From: Candidatus Calditenuis fumarioli
GTDB taxonomy: Archaea > Thermoproteota > Nitrososphaeria_A > Caldarchaeales > Calditenuaceae
Direction: 5' to 3'
Length of the DNA: 64,000 bases
Assembly: GCA_030059665.1 (NCBI GenBank)
Contig: JANVYR010000001.1
Span: forward strand, 288,001-352,000
Shown: piece after piece, positions 56,348 through 64,000 of the stretch
Layout of the letters: each line of letters opens with the position of its first letter
Position numbering within the stretch: position 1 is the first letter of the stretch
The notes under the pieces: model-generated
What the model was told of the DNA's origin: nothing
Seen by the model: only the letters and a program-made list of their open reading frames with translations
Databases searched by the model: none
Made by a program: the position numbers and the translations under genes

Positions 56348-57192
56348 TGAGGGCGATCGAGGTAAGGGACCTCGGCTTCCGGTACGAGGGCTCCCAGGAC
56401 TGGGCGCTCATGGACGTCAGCCTGGAGGTTGAGAGCGGCGAGCTGGTCCTCGTCCTCGGCTCCACCGGCTCCGGCAAGTCGACCCTCCTCAGGTGCCTGA
56501 TCGGCCTCATCCCGCACTTCTACTCCGGAGATTACAGGGGAACCGTCAGGGTGATGGGGATGGAGGTGGCATCGACGCCGGTCCACAGGCTCGCGACGCG
56601 GGTGGGCATGGTCTTCCAGAACCCCGAGACGCAGATCTTCTCTACCTCGGTCGAGTCCGAGATCGCCTTTCCCCTGGAGAACCTCGGCCTCCCTCGGGAC
56701 GAGATGGAGAGGAGGGTGGAGTGGGCTCTGAAGCGCTTCGGGCTCGAGGGGCTCCGGCGGAGGAACCCAGCTGAGCTCTCAGGAGGACAGAAGCAGAGGC
56801 TCGCGATCGCCACGGTGACGGCCATGGGACCCGATGTGCTGCTGCTCGACGAACCCACATCGATGCTCGATCCCCTGTCAGCAAAGGAGGTGCTCGAGCT
56901 GGTGGTGGAGCTCTGCAGAGAAGAGGGGAAGACGGTGCTGGTCTCGGAGCACAGGACCGACCTGCTCGCTCCCCACGCTGACAGGGTGCTCGCCTTCGCC
57001 GGCGGCCGCTTGGTCTACGACGGAGATCCCCGTGGGTTCTTCTCCGAGCAGAGGCTCAGCGAATTATCGGTTCCGAGGGTCGTGGAGCTCTACTGGATGC
57101 TGAGGAGCTCGTGTCGCCTCGAAGGGCCGGTTCCCCTGACGCCGGAGGAACTCGAGTCGCTGATCTCCAGATGGATCGGTTCGGGTGCTTAG
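56347..57192 (+). CDS. ECF transporter ATPase (A component 1)
   Basis: GSTGSGKST, VFQNPETQ, LSGGQKQR, LDEP. Confidence 0.9.
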   Translation: MRAIEVRDLGFRYEGSQDWALMDVSLEVESGELVLVLGSTGSGKSTLLRCLIGLIPHFYSGDYRGTVRVMGMEVASTPVHRLATRVGMVFQNPETQIFSTSVESEIAFPLENLGLPRDEMERRVEWALKRFGLEGLRRRNPAELSGGQKQRLAIATVTAMGPDVLLLDEPTSMLDPLSAKEVLELVVELCREEGKTVLVSEHRTDLLAPHADRVLAFAGGRLVYDGDPRGFFSEQRLSELSVPRVVELYWMLRSSCRLEGPVPLTPEELESLISRWIGSGA

Positions 57193-57197
57193 GGCCT

Positions 57198-58034
57198 TTG
57201 ATCGAGCTCAGGTCGGTCTCCTACACCTATCCTGCCGGGGTCAGGGCCGTGGTGGACGTTGACCTCGAGGTGAGGGAGGGCGAGGTCGTCGCGGTGATGG
57301 GAGGGAACGGTGCCGGGAAGACGACGCTCCTGAAGCTGATGGTCGGCCTGCTCAAGCCGAGCGCGGGATCGGTGCTGGTGGACGGGCTCGACACGAGGAG
57401 CACACCCCTCAGCAGGATCGCGAGGCTTGTGGGGTACGTCCCCCAGATCGCCGACTCGCTCTTCTTCCTTCCGACGGTGGAGGAGGAGATGACGTACGCG
57501 CTAAGGAACTTCAAGATCGAGAACGGTGCCGAAAGGGCACGGGAGCTCCTTAGAGCCTTCGGGCTCGAGGGAACCGAGAAGAGGTCTCCCTTCACGCTGA
57601 GCGGAGGTCAGAAGAAGAGGCTCTCGATCGCCGTTGTTCTCTCCTGGGACCCGAAGTACGTCCTCCTCGACGAGCCGACGCTGGGCCAGGACAAGGCAGG
57701 GAGGGAGGTGATGATGGGGATCGTAAGGCAGCTGAGCAGTCAGGGAAGGTCTCTGGTGATCGCGACGCACGACGTCGAGTTCGTCTCCGAGCTCTCGCCG
57801 CGCGTTGTGCTGATGGGAGGGGGCCGCGTGATCGCCGACGGAAGGGCTGAGGAGGTCCTGTCCGACGAGGAGCTCCTGAGGAAGGCGAGGGTCCTCCCTC
57901 CGCAGTCGGTTGCCATCTCCTCGAGGCTGGAGAGGTTTGGCGTGAAGCGCACCCCCAGCATAAGGGAGCTGCACGATCAGCTCAGGTCGCTCCTCTCCCG
58001 AGGGGGAGGTTGCAGTGAGTCTGGGACTCGGTGA
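57198..58034 (+). CDS. ECF transporter ATPase (A component 2)
   Basis: GGNGAGKTT, SPFTLSGGQKKR, LDEPTLGQD, THD. Confidence 0.9.
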   Translation: MIELRSVSYTYPAGVRAVVDVDLEVREGEVVAVMGGNGAGKTTLLKLMVGLLKPSAGSVLVDGLDTRSTPLSRIARLVGYVPQIADSLFFLPTVEEEMTYALRNFKIENGAERARELLRAFGLEGTEKRSPFTLSGGQKKRLSIAVVLSWDPKYVLLDEPTLGQDKAGREVMMGIVRQLSSQGRSLVIATHDVEFVSELSPRVVLMGGGRVIADGRAEEVLSDEELLRKARVLPPQSVAISSRLERFGVKRTPSIRELHDQLRSLLSRGGGCSESGTR

Positions 58035-58797
58035 GCTGCTGAGGTTCAGGAGCGTCGAGAAGGGCGTCGCGTCCCTCGACCCTAGGGTGAAGCTCGCTCT
58101 CTCGGTCTACCTCTTCGCCCTCCCCGTGATTTACGACAGGCCGCCCGTCCTCTCGCTGGTCGCATCGGGATCGGTCCTCGCGGCGGTGACACTCTTCCTC
58201 GCGACGTTCGGCGAGGCCCGGAGGGTCGTTCGGACGGTGAGAGCGCTCGGGCCGTTCCTCGCCTTCGTGCTGTTGCTGAACGTCCTCAGCAGCCTCGCGT
58301 CCGGTTCCTCCCCGCTAACCTTAGAGTTCGCCCTCTCCAACGCGGCCCTCCTCCTCAGGTTCATCGCGGTCTTCACGTCCTTCTCCTTCTTCGTCCTCTC
58401 CACCTCTCCCGAGGACTTCGCCCAGGTCCTGAGGTGGATGAGGGTGCCGTACGACTACGCCTTCGCCTTGACGGCATCGATCAGGTTCGCGCCGCTCTTC
58501 CTCGAGGAGGTTCAGGAGGTGATCGACTCCCAGAGGCTGAGGGGAGTCAGCTACGAGACGAGGAACCCCGTCAAGCTCTTCAGGAACTACGTGAGGGCCT
58601 TCCTTCCCGTCACGGTAAACGCCATCATGCGCGCCTTCGAGATGGCAGAGGCCCTTGAGGTGAAGTGCTTCGGCGCGGTCGAGAAGAGGACCAGCTACAG
58701 GACGCTCAGGTCCCGGCCCAGGGACCACATAGTTCTGGCAGTGGCTACGCTCGTCTTCGCGGCTGCAGTCGCATTCAGGTACCTCTGGCCCCTGTGA
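58015..58797 (+). CDS. ECF transporter transmembrane component T
   Basis: LDPRVKL, IRFAPLF, SQRLRG, ALEVKCF. Confidence 0.88.
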   Translation: MSLGLGELLRFRSVEKGVASLDPRVKLALSVYLFALPVIYDRPPVLSLVASGSVLAAVTLFLATFGEARRVVRTVRALGPFLAFVLLLNVLSSLASGSSPLTLEFALSNAALLLRFIAVFTSFSFFVLSTSPEDFAQVLRWMRVPYDYAFALTASIRFAPLFLEEVQEVIDSQRLRGVSYETRNPVKLFRNYVRAFLPVTVNAIMRAFEMAEALEVKCFGAVEKRTSYRTLRSRPRDHIVLAVATLVFAAAVAFRYLWPL

Positions 58798-59782
58798 GGC
58801 GACCCCTCACCGTGACCACCTCCCACACGTCGTTCAGGATCGAGGTCACCGTTGGCTCGCCAGCACCCTCGCCGATCAGGGTCAGGTCGCCCGCTGTCCT
58901 GAGCCGGAAGGTCACTGCGTTCAGCGTCCCGTGGACGCATATCGGGTCGTTCAGCTTCACGAGCCGTGGAGCGACCGTGAGGTGGCCGTCTGGACTCACC
59001 GACCCTATGAGCTTCACCGCGAGGCCGGCCTCCTTCGCGAGGGAGACCGCGTCGGCCGTGACCCTGCTGATCCCGGTGATCCGGACGTCCTCGAGCCTCC
59101 TGTTCAGCCCCATGACGGAGTTGGCCAGTATCAGCAGCTTCAGGGCGGTGTCGTAACCCTCGATGTCGAGCGTCGGGTCGCGCTCAGCGATGCCGAGGTT
59201 CTGGGCCTCCCTCAGCGCCAGCTCAAACGTCAGCCCCTCGAAGTGCATCCTGCTCAGGATGTAGTTCGTGGTGCCGTTCAGGATCCCCCGGATCGAGAGG
59301 ACCTCGTCTCCGCGGAGGCAGAACCTCCTCAGCGATACCAGCGGTATCCCGCCACCGACGGTCCCCTCGAAGAGCAGCAGCGCTCCCGTTGACCTCGAGA
59401 GCTCCGTCAGCTCCCTGTAGGCGAGCGCGATCGGCGCCTTGTTCGCAGTGACCACATCGATCCCCCTCGAGAGCGCAGTTTTGATGTGCGTGAGCGCCGG
59501 CTCCCCGGTCGGGAGGTTCGTGGGCGTCAGCTCGATCAGGAGGTCCACCTTTCCGTCCTCGAGCAGCGAGATCGGGCTCCCCTCCACGAACCCTTCGAGG
59601 CTGGCGATATCGCCCTCCAGCTCCTCCAGCGTCAGCCCTCCGGGCCTGTGGATGTACCCGGTCGACCTCGCGACCGCCACGAGTTTGACCCCCGGAACCT
59701 TCCCCGACGCGAGGGCCCTCGCCACCCGCCTGCCGAGGAAGCCGTACCCGTTCACGAGCGCCCTGAGCGACACTCCGCTCAC
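58775..59782 (-). CDS. hom: Homoserine dehydrogenase
   Basis: GYGFLG, VVTANKAP, EGTVGGGIP, GILNGTTNYIL, DTALK. Confidence 0.93.
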   Translation of the reverse strand: MSGVSLRALVNGYGFLGRRVARALASGKVPGVKLVAVARSTGYIHRPGGLTLEELEGDIASLEGFVEGSPISLLEDGKVDLLIELTPTNLPTGEPALTHIKTALSRGIDVVTANKAPIALAYRELTELSRSTGALLLFEGTVGGGIPLVSLRRFCLRGDEVLSIRGILNGTTNYILSRMHFEGLTFELALREAQNLGIAERDPTLDIEGYDTALKLLILANSVMGLNRRLEDVRITGISRVTADAVSLAKEAGLAVKLIGSVSPDGHLTVAPRLVKLNDPICVHGTLNAVTFRLRTAGDLTLIGEGAGEPTVTSILNDVWEVVTVRGRLTGARGT

Positions 59783-60300
59783 ACCTCCGACAGGAGAAGG
59801 TAGCCGCGGTCCGCCGCCACCTCCTCGAGCCTCCTCATCAGGTCGTGTCCCGCCGCGCCCTCCGGGACCTCGAGCGTCAGACGGGCCGTGAGCTCGGAAC
59901 CACCGCCTCTAACCGACGCGTCGACGATCTTTAGCCCGAGGCCCTCAACGGCCCTGATGAGGTCGCCGAGCTCGCCGCTCCCGAGAACTATCACCGTCCG
60001 AAGTGACTTCTCAAGGCTCTCAGCCCCTATCACGGGGACGCCGACCGACTCGATGCCGCGTCTGGCACGCTCGAGGCTCTGGGCATCTGGGAACTCGACG
60101 TTGATGCTGACAGGGACGTAGCCCGATGTGATGCTCTCACGGCTGTGGACTATCGAGATGATGTTGCCGCCTGCGAGCGCTATCTGCTCCAGCGTCCTGA
60201 GCAGCGTTCCGGGCCTGTCGACGAGCGCACACGTCAGCCTCACCCTGACCGGTGGCATCGCCGATGCTGTTAGGTCCCTGCATATGTCCTTCATCGGCAT
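59779..60300 (-). CDS. ACT-domain protein (hom-associated regulator)
   Basis: LVDRPGTLL...GGNIISIVHSR; coupled to hom. Confidence 0.8.
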   Translation of the reverse strand: MPMKDICRDLTASAMPPVRVRLTCALVDRPGTLLRTLEQIALAGGNIISIVHSRESITSGYVPVSINVEFPDAQSLERARRGIESVGVPVIGAESLEKSLRTVIVLGSGELGDLIRAVEGLGLKIVDASVRGGGSELTARLTLEVPEGAAGHDLMRRLEEVAADRGYLLLSEV

Positions 60301-60404
60301 CGCAGCGCGGCTCCGAGGAGCTGTGGGTATGGGAGAGGGTGGGGAAGCTGGATACGGGGACGCTCGTAGGGTGGCATGGGAGCAGGGGGAGGAAGCGATC
60401 GCGA

Positions 60405-61583
60405 CTACTGCGATGCGAGCGTTGCCAAGCCCTTCAAGATGAGGTAAACGGCTGCGTGGACCGGGAGCTTGACCTCTGCGGGCCCCTCGAACGGCCCGTA
60501 CTCCCCACCCCCGATCCTGAACCTCGGCGCGAAGAGCACCCTGACCCTCACCGGCGGCCCCTTAAGCACCGCTGCCTCCTCGAAGGGGTCGAAGTCCTCA
60601 ACCCGATCTAGCGGTATCCGGGCTGCGGCCAGGCCGGTCTTGCCGTTGAGCGACCAGGGCAGCCTCACAAGCCTGTGGACGTCCTGAGTGACGACGGGAT
60701 CGACGTTCACCCGCTCCTCCGAGATCGCCCGAGATATCAGCTCCCTCCACCTGGAAGGTCTCAGCGCTCCCCAGTCCGGGTCCTCCAGCCAACTCTGAAC
60801 CTCTCCGGACCTCTCGAGCTGTGATGCCACAGACCTGACGATCCTCCCCCTCCACCCTGGCTCATCGAGGGAGGGCCTCCTGAGGGACCTAACCCTTCTA
60901 CCCTTCCAAGGCAGCCCGAGAAGGGAAGGATCGATGCCCTCGCAGGTCAGGTAGGTGACGATCTCGCGCCGTGCCATCTGGTCGAGCTTCCTGAGGCGTT
61001 CGGTGTAGACCACGACGTGGAAGCCCCTGTTCCCCGAGAAGCCCACCTCGATCTCCGACTCGCTGACGCCGAAATCGTCCGTGAGGACGTTCAGCAGCTT
61101 GATCAGCTCCGCCCGTGCTCCCTCTATGCATCGGTCGCACACCCACTCCACATCGCTCAGCCCTGACCCGCACTCGTCGCACTTGCCGTCGTCAGAGTTT
61201 CGGAGGCCGTGCACGGGACAGACGCGGTAGCTGTGCTCGTCGGCGCAAGGCAGGTCGAGGTGGTCGGCGTCGATGTCGAAGACCAGATCAGCGCCCTCCC
61301 AACCCTTCTCCTCCATTGGAGCCGCAGGGTACCTGAAGTAGGCCGAGGACCTGTAGGCGTGGAGCGGCACGACCTCCGCAAGCCTCCGCAAGAGCTCCCC
61401 AACGCTCTGGAAGGAGAGGTGCCTGACCATCACCTGCTTCCCGAACTCCCAGTACGCGAACTCCCTCTGCTGGGGCTCCCTGACCTCGATCGGTGGTGGA
61501 GGCTCGGACCTGTAGTACCTCGAGAAGACGGCCCTCACGAAGCGGAGCGTCTTGTCCTGGACCCGTGCGGCGACCGAGGTCAC
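60405..61583 (-). CDS. priS: DNA primase small subunit
   Basis: QREFA, LVFDIDAD, FSGNRGFHV, VDPVVTQDVHRLVRLPWSLN. Confidence 0.93.
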   Translation of the reverse strand: MTSVAARVQDKTLRFVRAVFSRYYRSEPPPPIEVREPQQREFAYWEFGKQVMVRHLSFQSVGELLRRLAEVVPLHAYRSSAYFRYPAAPMEEKGWEGADLVFDIDADHLDLPCADEHSYRVCPVHGLRNSDDGKCDECGSGLSDVEWVCDRCIEGARAELIKLLNVLTDDFGVSESEIEVGFSGNRGFHVVVYTERLRKLDQMARREIVTYLTCEGIDPSLLGLPWKGRRVRSLRRPSLDEPGWRGRIVRSVASQLERSGEVQSWLEDPDWGALRPSRWRELISRAISEERVNVDPVVTQDVHRLVRLPWSLNGKTGLAAARIPLDRVEDFDPFEEAAVLKGPPVRVRVLFAPRFRIGGGEYGPFEGPAEVKLPVHAAVYLILKGLATLASQ

Positions 61584-61653
61584 TGTAGGGCCCCTTGCAC
61601 ACCGCGTATTGAGGTATCTCGTCCCTGGAAGGAGGCGCGTATCCGGCGAAACC

Positions 61654-62451
61654 TCAGGGGACTACCGCGGTACCGATCCCCGACTCGATCAGGGAGAGCG
61701 GGTCCTCTCCGAGGCCGTTGCAGATGAACGCCCTCCCGACGCCGGCTTTTACAGATTCGGCCGCGAGCATCACCTTCCTGTTCATCCCAGGTCCTATCGA
61801 GGGCAGCAACCTCACCGCCTCGTCGGCGGAGAGCCTACCTACCAGCTTCCCGTCGATGAGGAGGCCGTCGACGTCCGTGAGGAAGACCAGCTCCTCCGCG
61901 CCGAGGGCCCTGGCCAGGTAAGCGGCCGCCTGGTCGCCGTCCACGTTCAGGAGCTCGCCCTCCTCGCTCACCGCTATCGGCGCTACCACCACGATCAGGC
62001 CCTGGGAGAGGAGGCTCCTGATCAGGTCTGCGTTGACGGCCTTGATCTGGCCGGTGTAGCCGCCGTCGATGACGCGTTTCCTCCCGCGCTCGTCAACGAC
62101 AACGATACGCTTCTTGCGCTCCGCGAGGAGCAGGCCGCCGTCCGCACCCGAGATGCCGACCGCACGGGCTCCGTGCTTAGTGGCCTCCGCGACGAGCGAC
62201 TTGTTGATCTTGCCTGCCATCACCATAACGTAGACCTCCAGCTCCTTCTCGTCGGTGTAACGGCTCCTGATGCCCTGGGGCGAGACCACGAACTTCGGCT
62301 CTATCCCCAGCGCACGGCAGTACTCAGTTACCACGTCGCCGCCCCCGTGGACGAGGACCACCTGCTTGCTCGACGAGGCCCTAACGACGCTCCGGACGAT
62401 GTTCGAAGCGTTTGCGGTGATGGCCCTCCCGCCAGCCTTGACGACCAGCAT
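61654..62451 (-). CDS. lysZ: [LysW]-aminoadipate/glutamate kinase (LysZ/ArgB)
   Basis: VVKAGG, VHGGG, SRYTD, LNVDGD, LTDVDG, GMNRK. Confidence 0.88.
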   Translation of the reverse strand: MLVVKAGGRAITANASNIVRSVVRASSSKQVVLVHGGGDVVTEYCRALGIEPKFVVSPQGIRSRYTDEKELEVYVMVMAGKINKSLVAEATKHGARAVGISGADGGLLLAERKKRIVVVDERGRKRVIDGGYTGQIKAVNADLIRSLLSQGLIVVVAPIAVSEEGELLNVDGDQAAAYLARALGAEELVFLTDVDGLLIDGKLVGRLSADEAVRLLPSIGPGMNRKVMLAAESVKAGVGRAFICNGLGEDPLSLIESGIGTAVVP

Positions 62452-62502
62452 CCCTTCGGACGCGAGTCGCGTACCGCACAATATCGACCTTCGCTGGCAC
62501 GC

Positions 62503-63519
62503 TCAGAGGGAAGACCTGAAGGACCTCACGAGTTCAGGCCACCAGCTGGATCTGCCGTCGAAGGGGACGGAGACGGAGACGCTCTCGAGCAGGCCCCTGT
62601 ACCTCCTGACGATCTCCTGCGCCACCCGCGATGGCCTTCCGGAGACGGAGAACTCCCGCATCATCTCGTCGTCCACCAGCCGGGCCATCTCGTCCCATTT
62701 CCCCTCACGGGCCAGCCCGCTCAGCTCCTCACCCACCCGCTCCCAGCCGTACAGAGCCAGTATCGTCCGGTAGGCGGGAGTGGAGGCGTAGAAAGCGATC
62801 ATCCGCCTGACCAGCTCCTCGCTCCTCCGGACCTCCTCGTCGTCGCTGCCTATCGCGGTGAAGACCGTTGCCGAGAGCTTGACCTCCTCGGGCCTCCTGC
62901 CGGCGCGCTCCGCACCCTCCCTTATCGCTGGCAGCATCACCTCCCGGATGTACCTGGGCGAGTTGAGCGGGTGGACGTGAACCCCGTCACACAGCTCTCC
63001 CGCGAGCCGGCACATCCCTCTGTTCACCGCCGCGACGTACACCGGTATCTCCGGATGCTCTATCGGTCCGGGATCGAAGTACCAGCTGGTGAGGTCGATC
63101 CGGTAGTGCTTCCCCCGGAACTGAGGGGGACGTCCGGTCTGCCAGGCCCTCCAGACCTCCCTGAGCGCCGTAATGTACTCCCTCATCCTAGATAGCGGGC
63201 TCTCCCACCTCATGCCGAACCGACGCTCTATGTGGGCCCTCACCTGCGTTCCCAACCCCAGCGCGAACCTCCCTCCCGAGAGCGACTGGACGTCCCATGC
63301 GGAGTGGGCCACCACCGTCGGGCTCCGTGCGAACGCGACCACGATCGCGGTGCCGAGTCTAACCCTCCTGGTGGAGGCCGCAGCCAGCGCCAACATCGCG
63401 AACGGGTCGTGTTTCGTCTCCCTGAAGAGAAGACCGTCGAACCCGAGGCGCTCCGCCTCCGCAGCGAGCCCTGGAACCTCCGACACCCTGTCGGGCTCGA
63501 TTGAGGCCTCTAACCTCAC
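62503..63519 (-). CDS. LLM-class F420-dependent oxidoreductase
   Basis: ETKHDPF, VAFARSP, LGLGTQVRAHIERRFG, IAFYASTPAY. Confidence 0.88.
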   Translation of the reverse strand: MRLEASIEPDRVSEVPGLAAEAERLGFDGLLFRETKHDPFAMLALAAASTRRVRLGTAIVVAFARSPTVVAHSAWDVQSLSGGRFALGLGTQVRAHIERRFGMRWESPLSRMREYITALREVWRAWQTGRPPQFRGKHYRIDLTSWYFDPGPIEHPEIPVYVAAVNRGMCRLAGELCDGVHVHPLNSPRYIREVMLPAIREGAERAGRRPEEVKLSATVFTAIGSDDEEVRRSEELVRRMIAFYASTPAYRTILALYGWERVGEELSGLAREGKWDEMARLVDDEMMREFSVSGRPSRVAQEIVRRYRGLLESVSVSVPFDGRSSWWPELVRSFRSSL

Positions 63520-63604
63520 GCACCTCCCAGCACCGACCGGTATATTGCCGGTTACGCTCGGCACCTTTATCAGCTTGGCATCCGAGGGCGGTTAAGGTGG
63601 GAGC

Positions 63605-63835
63605 TTGGGCAAGATCAGGACGGCGAAGGTGAAGCGCGTAGCCCGGGAGATAATGGAAAAGTACGGCCCGCGGGTCTCGACGTCGTTCGAGGAGAACAAG
63701 CTGCTCGTACGGCAGGTCCTGACAGGGCAGGTCTCGAAGAAGTTCGCGAACAAGGTGGCAGGGTACCTCACGAGGCTCGCGAAGCTGGCGCAGAGGAAGG
63801 CGGCTCAGGAGCAGGCCCAGGCTGAATCGGGTTGA
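63605..63835 (+). CDS. rps17e: 30S ribosomal protein S17e
   Basis: MGKIRTAKVKR, FEENK, NKVAGYLT. Confidence 0.93.
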   Translation: MGKIRTAKVKRVAREIMEKYGPRVSTSFEENKLLVRQVLTGQVSKKFANKVAGYLTRLAKLAQRKAAQEQAQAESG

Positions 63836-63839
63836 GGCC

Positions 63840-64000
63840 TTGGGCAGCGACGTCGTCAGGAGGAAGGCCGAGCACATCAGGATAGCGCTGGAAGGCGACG
63901 TAGAGTACAGGAAGAGCAACTGGCTCGAGTACGTCGAGTTCGTTCACCGCGCTCTCCCCGAGCTCTCCCTCGAATCGGTCGAGACCGAGGCCCGCTTCCT
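63840..64000 (+). CDS. fni: Type 2 isopentenyl-diphosphate isomerase, N-terminus (partial)
   Basis: RRKAEHIRIAL...FVHRALPELSL. Confidence 0.85.
   Translation, partial: MGSDVVRRKAEHIRIALEGDVEYRKSNWLEYVEFVHRALPELSLESVETEARF

Noticed and set aside
135-64000. Many long ORFs overlapping or antisense to the genes called above (e.g. 10643-12130, 53787-54821, 61552-63195)
   Set aside because: Shadow ORFs expected from high GC and biased third positions; no motifs, and they overlap well-supported genes.

Overview
This is a GC-rich archaeal window. Split archaeal GltB, PpcA, AsnA-type synthetase, RadA, PriS, prefoldins, Nep1, rps17e and IDI-2 point to a TACK thermophile, probably Aigarchaeota/Caldarchaeales (inference). 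Most of it is housekeeping and metabolic genes. Four parts stand out. (1) An ~11 kb integrated mobile element at about 36.7-47.97 kb has no recognisable tyrosine or serine integrase. It encodes an IS110-like recombinase with a structured 3' non-coding end, a PriL-like primase subunit with an extra N-terminal domain, a PCNA-like clamp, an XPD/DinG helicase, a membrane-anchored HerA/VirB4-like ATPase, a VirB2-like two-helix protein and Zn-finger proteins. Its spacers are hairpin-dense and both flanks carry broken gene remnants. (2) An 8-repeat CRISPR array has no cas genes in the window. (3) There is an unannotated H/ACA-type guide RNA hairpin, plus another structured intergenic RNA candidate. 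(4) A predicted membrane protein joins an extracellular domain and coiled coil to a cytoplasmic AbrB-like domain. All calls are from reading the sequence by eye; no searches were run.
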